NCBI GenBank assembly: GCA_965243135.1
Contig: OZ251539.1
Coordinates: 320,001-384,000 of the forward strand
Length of the DNA stretch: 64,000 bases
Direction of reading: 5' to 3'
Source: Alphaproteobacteria bacterium
GTDB taxonomy: Bacteria > Pseudomonadota > Alphaproteobacteria > MPNO01 > UBA830
Position 1 is the stretch's first letter, and each line of letters starts with the position of its first letter. Shown here one piece after another: positions 61,534 to 64,000 of this stretch. The notes beneath the pieces are model-generated. The model searched no databases, was not told where the DNA came from, and worked only from the letters and a program-made list of their open reading frames with translations. The position numbers were made by a program, and so were the translations under genes.

Positions 61534-64000
61534 TCAACCAAGCACGTCCGAAATGATGGCGGCAATTTTTTCGGAGTCGATGCTTCCGTTCGCTTCGTCG
61601 CGCGTAACGATCAGCGTGCCGTTCTCGCCGCTTCCTTCTTCCGGCCGCAAGATGCTGTGGTTTCGGTACCATCCGAGTTTCTCCTCCCACCGGCGGCGGT
61701 AGCCGGGCACATGCAGCATCCCGCAGTGTTCCCAATAGAACGTCAATCCCGATTCCACGTCCTCGATGGTGAAATCCGGATATTTATTAGTGATGCCGCC
61801 ATCGAAGGTGAGCTCCTGTTCGTAGCCGTATTCAAGGCCAGCGTTGGCAAGATGATCCGCGATGATAACCTCGGATTTCGAGCGCACCATTTCGCCGCGA
61901 GCGGTGCGGTGGATCAAATTATTCTCGAAGAAGAGGCCATCGACCTCGACAGGCGACGGCGCGACGAAGAGGTTCGTCAAGCGGCGCGCTGTTTCGGAGC
62001 GGTCGCCCGAGGAATACTTGCGCAGTTCGGCGTGCGGGCCCTGGTGCAGGATGACGATCCGGTTCTTCTGGCGCGTGAGCGCGGTGTAGAGCAGTTCGCG
62101 AGAGAGGAGGCGGCAAGGATTCGGCAACACGAGGATGACGGTGCCGAACTGGCTGCCTTGAGATTTATGGACCGTCAGCGCGTAAGCGAGTTCAAGGACC
62201 GCATTGCTTTCTTCCGCAAAGTCACGATCAGTAAAGTCGTACTTGAAGCCGGGTTGAGAGGAAAACTCGACTTCGAGTTTCCAGCGGAAGTCGGGCTTCC
62301 CTCTCGGTCGAAAATAACCGACGGCCATGCCGATCTCGCCGTTGGCGATATAGGGATCGTCCTTATCCGGGTAAACCTTGCGATGCCCGTTTCGCGGGAT
62401 GCCGGTGTTGACAAGGTTGATGACCTTGTCGCCGTAGACGATTTCCTCGGCTCCCATTGGTCTGGGAATCCTGCGCTGCCATCCTTCCCTGCGTGCGGCA
62501 TCGACCATTGGCTGTCGGAACTGTTTGTGAATGAGCCGATTCAGATCGGGCACGCCATGGGCCGCCGACCGTACCGGCGAGAGGATCTGCCAGCGCTCGG
62601 CCGCCTCGGCCGCACCGATCTTCTCGCCCATTCCGGGGTTGAAGAAACGCAGGCCGTTCCATGGCACGCCGCCGAGCGTGGTGTCGAAGCCCTCGATATC
62701 GTCCGCATTCTTCAGAGGCAGTTCCTTCACCAACACCTCGAGGAGGCGAGAACGCATTTCTTCCGCGGTTTCCCATCGCACGAATTGGATGTGTTGGTCT
62801 TCGTCATTGCTCATTACCTTGTCAAACACATCGTCTTCGCCAGCCGCGACGGGCGAGCCGCTGAACCATTCGGCAAGTCGCAAATCCTCGCGGTTCTCGC
62901 CTGCCTGACGGTAGCGAACGGTCAATTCGGCGTAGCCGGGTCCGACGCGCGGAAACTTTTCGGTGATATTTTCCGGCGCGAGACGCTTGACGATGTCCAC
63001 GAACGGTCGGCCGGCCCCGATCGGGGGAAGCTGGCGTGGGTCGCCAATGAGAATAAGCCGGTGCACGCCTCTAAGCGCCTGGATCAGCGCGGCGAGCATT
63101 TCCTCGGTCAGCATTGACGCCTCGTCGACAATGACCGTACGCGCACCGACGTCGGTCGGTTTATCGGAGAGGCGGTAGCGACCCGTCGCGCCGTCATAGC
63201 GGTGCGGACTCAGGAACTGGGCGATGGTGTAGCCTTTGAGCTTGAGGTCCTTGGCGGATTGCTCCATGCGAACGCGGGCCTTTCCGGTCGGCGCGAGCAG
63301 CAAGACTCCGCTCGCCTCAAGTCCCGGGTGCGAGCAGAGGACCGACAGCAGGGTGGTCTTGCCGGCCCCCGCCGGGCCGATCAGCACGGATAGCCGTGCG
63401 GCCGCGAGTTCTTTCAACGCGGCTTCCTGCTCCGTCCGGCCATGTTCTTTCAGTTCGCCGGGCACTTCAAACGACTGGATCGAAGGGTGCGCGTCAAGGC
63501 ACGACCGCCAATCGGCTTCGACGACCAGGCGCTTGCCCTCGATGCGCTTCTCGATCGCGTTGCGGATAGTTGTCCCCGCCTTCCTGAGCCTGTCCAGTTG
63601 AAGGGCCGGTGCGCCGTCGGCCATGGCGAACTCTTCGACGGCCCCCCTGAAGTCTTCCTTGGCGGCGTTCATCAGGTCCGCATCGACCTGACAAGGCGGC
63701 TGCACGGGAAGCGCACGGATGCCAAGGACCACTTGATCTTGCGGAAGGAGCGTGCTGCCGCCGCTGGCTGCATCTTCTAGAACCTTGAGAACAAACGCAC
63801 GGACCCGGCGGGCGTCCGTTCCGGCATCCAAAGCAGTTGGCGTCGGGAGCGGGTGCCTCTCGCGGACGACCTCGTCCGGGAAGACGCCCCGGTCGACAGT
63901 CCAGACGCTGACGGGATCGGCGGTCAGGCGTGTGAGTTCGTAGAACAGATACGGGTTGGCAAGAAGATCTGCGTCGCTGGCGTCTATTCCGGCATTGGCG
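61534..64000 (-). CDS. RecD2-like SF1 helicase with C-terminal PD-(D/E)XK nuclease (5' end outside window)
   Basis: GPAGAGKT, IVDEASML, GDPRQLPPIGAG, YALTVHKSQGSQF, LYTALTR; C-terminal VRSKSEVIIA, YPDFTI and YWEHCGM. Confidence 0.88.
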   Translation of the reverse strand, partial: ANAGIDASDADLLANPYLFYELTRLTADPVSVWTVDRGVFPDEVVRERHPLPTPTALDAGTDARRVRAFVLKVLEDAASGGSTLLPQDQVVLGIRALPVQPPCQVDADLMNAAKEDFRGAVEEFAMADGAPALQLDRLRKAGTTIRNAIEKRIEGKRLVVEADWRSCLDAHPSIQSFEVPGELKEHGRTEQEAALKELAAARLSVLIGPAGAGKTTLLSVLCSHPGLEASGVLLLAPTGKARVRMEQSAKDLKLKGYTIAQFLSPHRYDGATGRYRLSDKPTDVGARTVIVDEASMLTEEMLAALIQALRGVHRLILIGDPRQLPPIGAGRPFVDIVKRLAPENITEKFPRVGPGYAELTVRYRQAGENREDLRLAEWFSGSPVAAGEDDVFDKVMSNDEDQHIQFVRWETAEEMRSRLLEVLVKELPLKNADDIEGFDTTLGGVPWNGLRFFNPGMGEKIGAAEAAERWQILSPVRSAAHGVPDLNRLIHKQFRQPMVDAARREGWQRRIPRPMGAEEIVYGDKVINLVNTGIPRNGHRKVYPDKDDPYIANGEIGMAVGYFRPRGKPDFRWKLEVEFSSQPGFKYDFTDRDFAEESNAVLELAYALTVHKSQGSQFGTVILVLPNPCRLLSRELLYTALTRQKNRIVILHQGPHAELRKYSSGDRSETARRLTNLFVAPSPVEVDGLFFENNLIHRTARGEMVRSKSEVIIADHLANAGLEYGYEQELTFDGGITNKYPDFTIEDVESGLTFYWEHCGMLHVPGYRRRWEEKLGWYRNHSILRPEEGSGENGTLIVTRDEANGSIDSEKIAAIISDVLG

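Overview
GC-rich (probably alphaproteobacterial) accessory/defence island with no rRNA, tRNA or CRISPR array that I can see. The mix of secreted Sel1, ankyrin, MORN-like and autotransporter sequences suggests a host-associated, possibly sponge-type, symbiont (inference). From left to right: (1) a collapsed phosphorothioation (dnd) locus with a DGQHR protein, a RelA/SpoT pseudogene, 3' dndA fused back-to-back to 3' dndD, dndE, an HTH-HTH-GIY-YIG gene and an SBD-HNH PT-dependent nuclease; (2) an IS pile-up: ISAs1-DUF4338, IS630 containing IS30 and IS110, and an ISNCY-like element, most with readable TIRs/TSDs; (3) AT-rich orphans, an ankyrin-SH3-MORN gene, a second IS630 and a type IIG-like RM gene; (4) a truncated cupin followed by a solitary repC with ctRNA and a large serine recombinase; (5) a roughly 21 kb array of repeated [leader-secreted Sel1-spacer-ardC] modules separated by different cargo (PD-(D/E)XK nucleases, a NACHT-nuclease, ankyrin, duplicated GGCT-like genes, a captured phage-like fragment); (6) an IS-disrupted GT2, an ISKra4-like element inside a decayed paralogue, and a RecD2-like helicase-nuclease running off the right edge. 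Many frameshifts may be long-read indel errors rather than true decay. All family calls come from motif recognition, not database searches.
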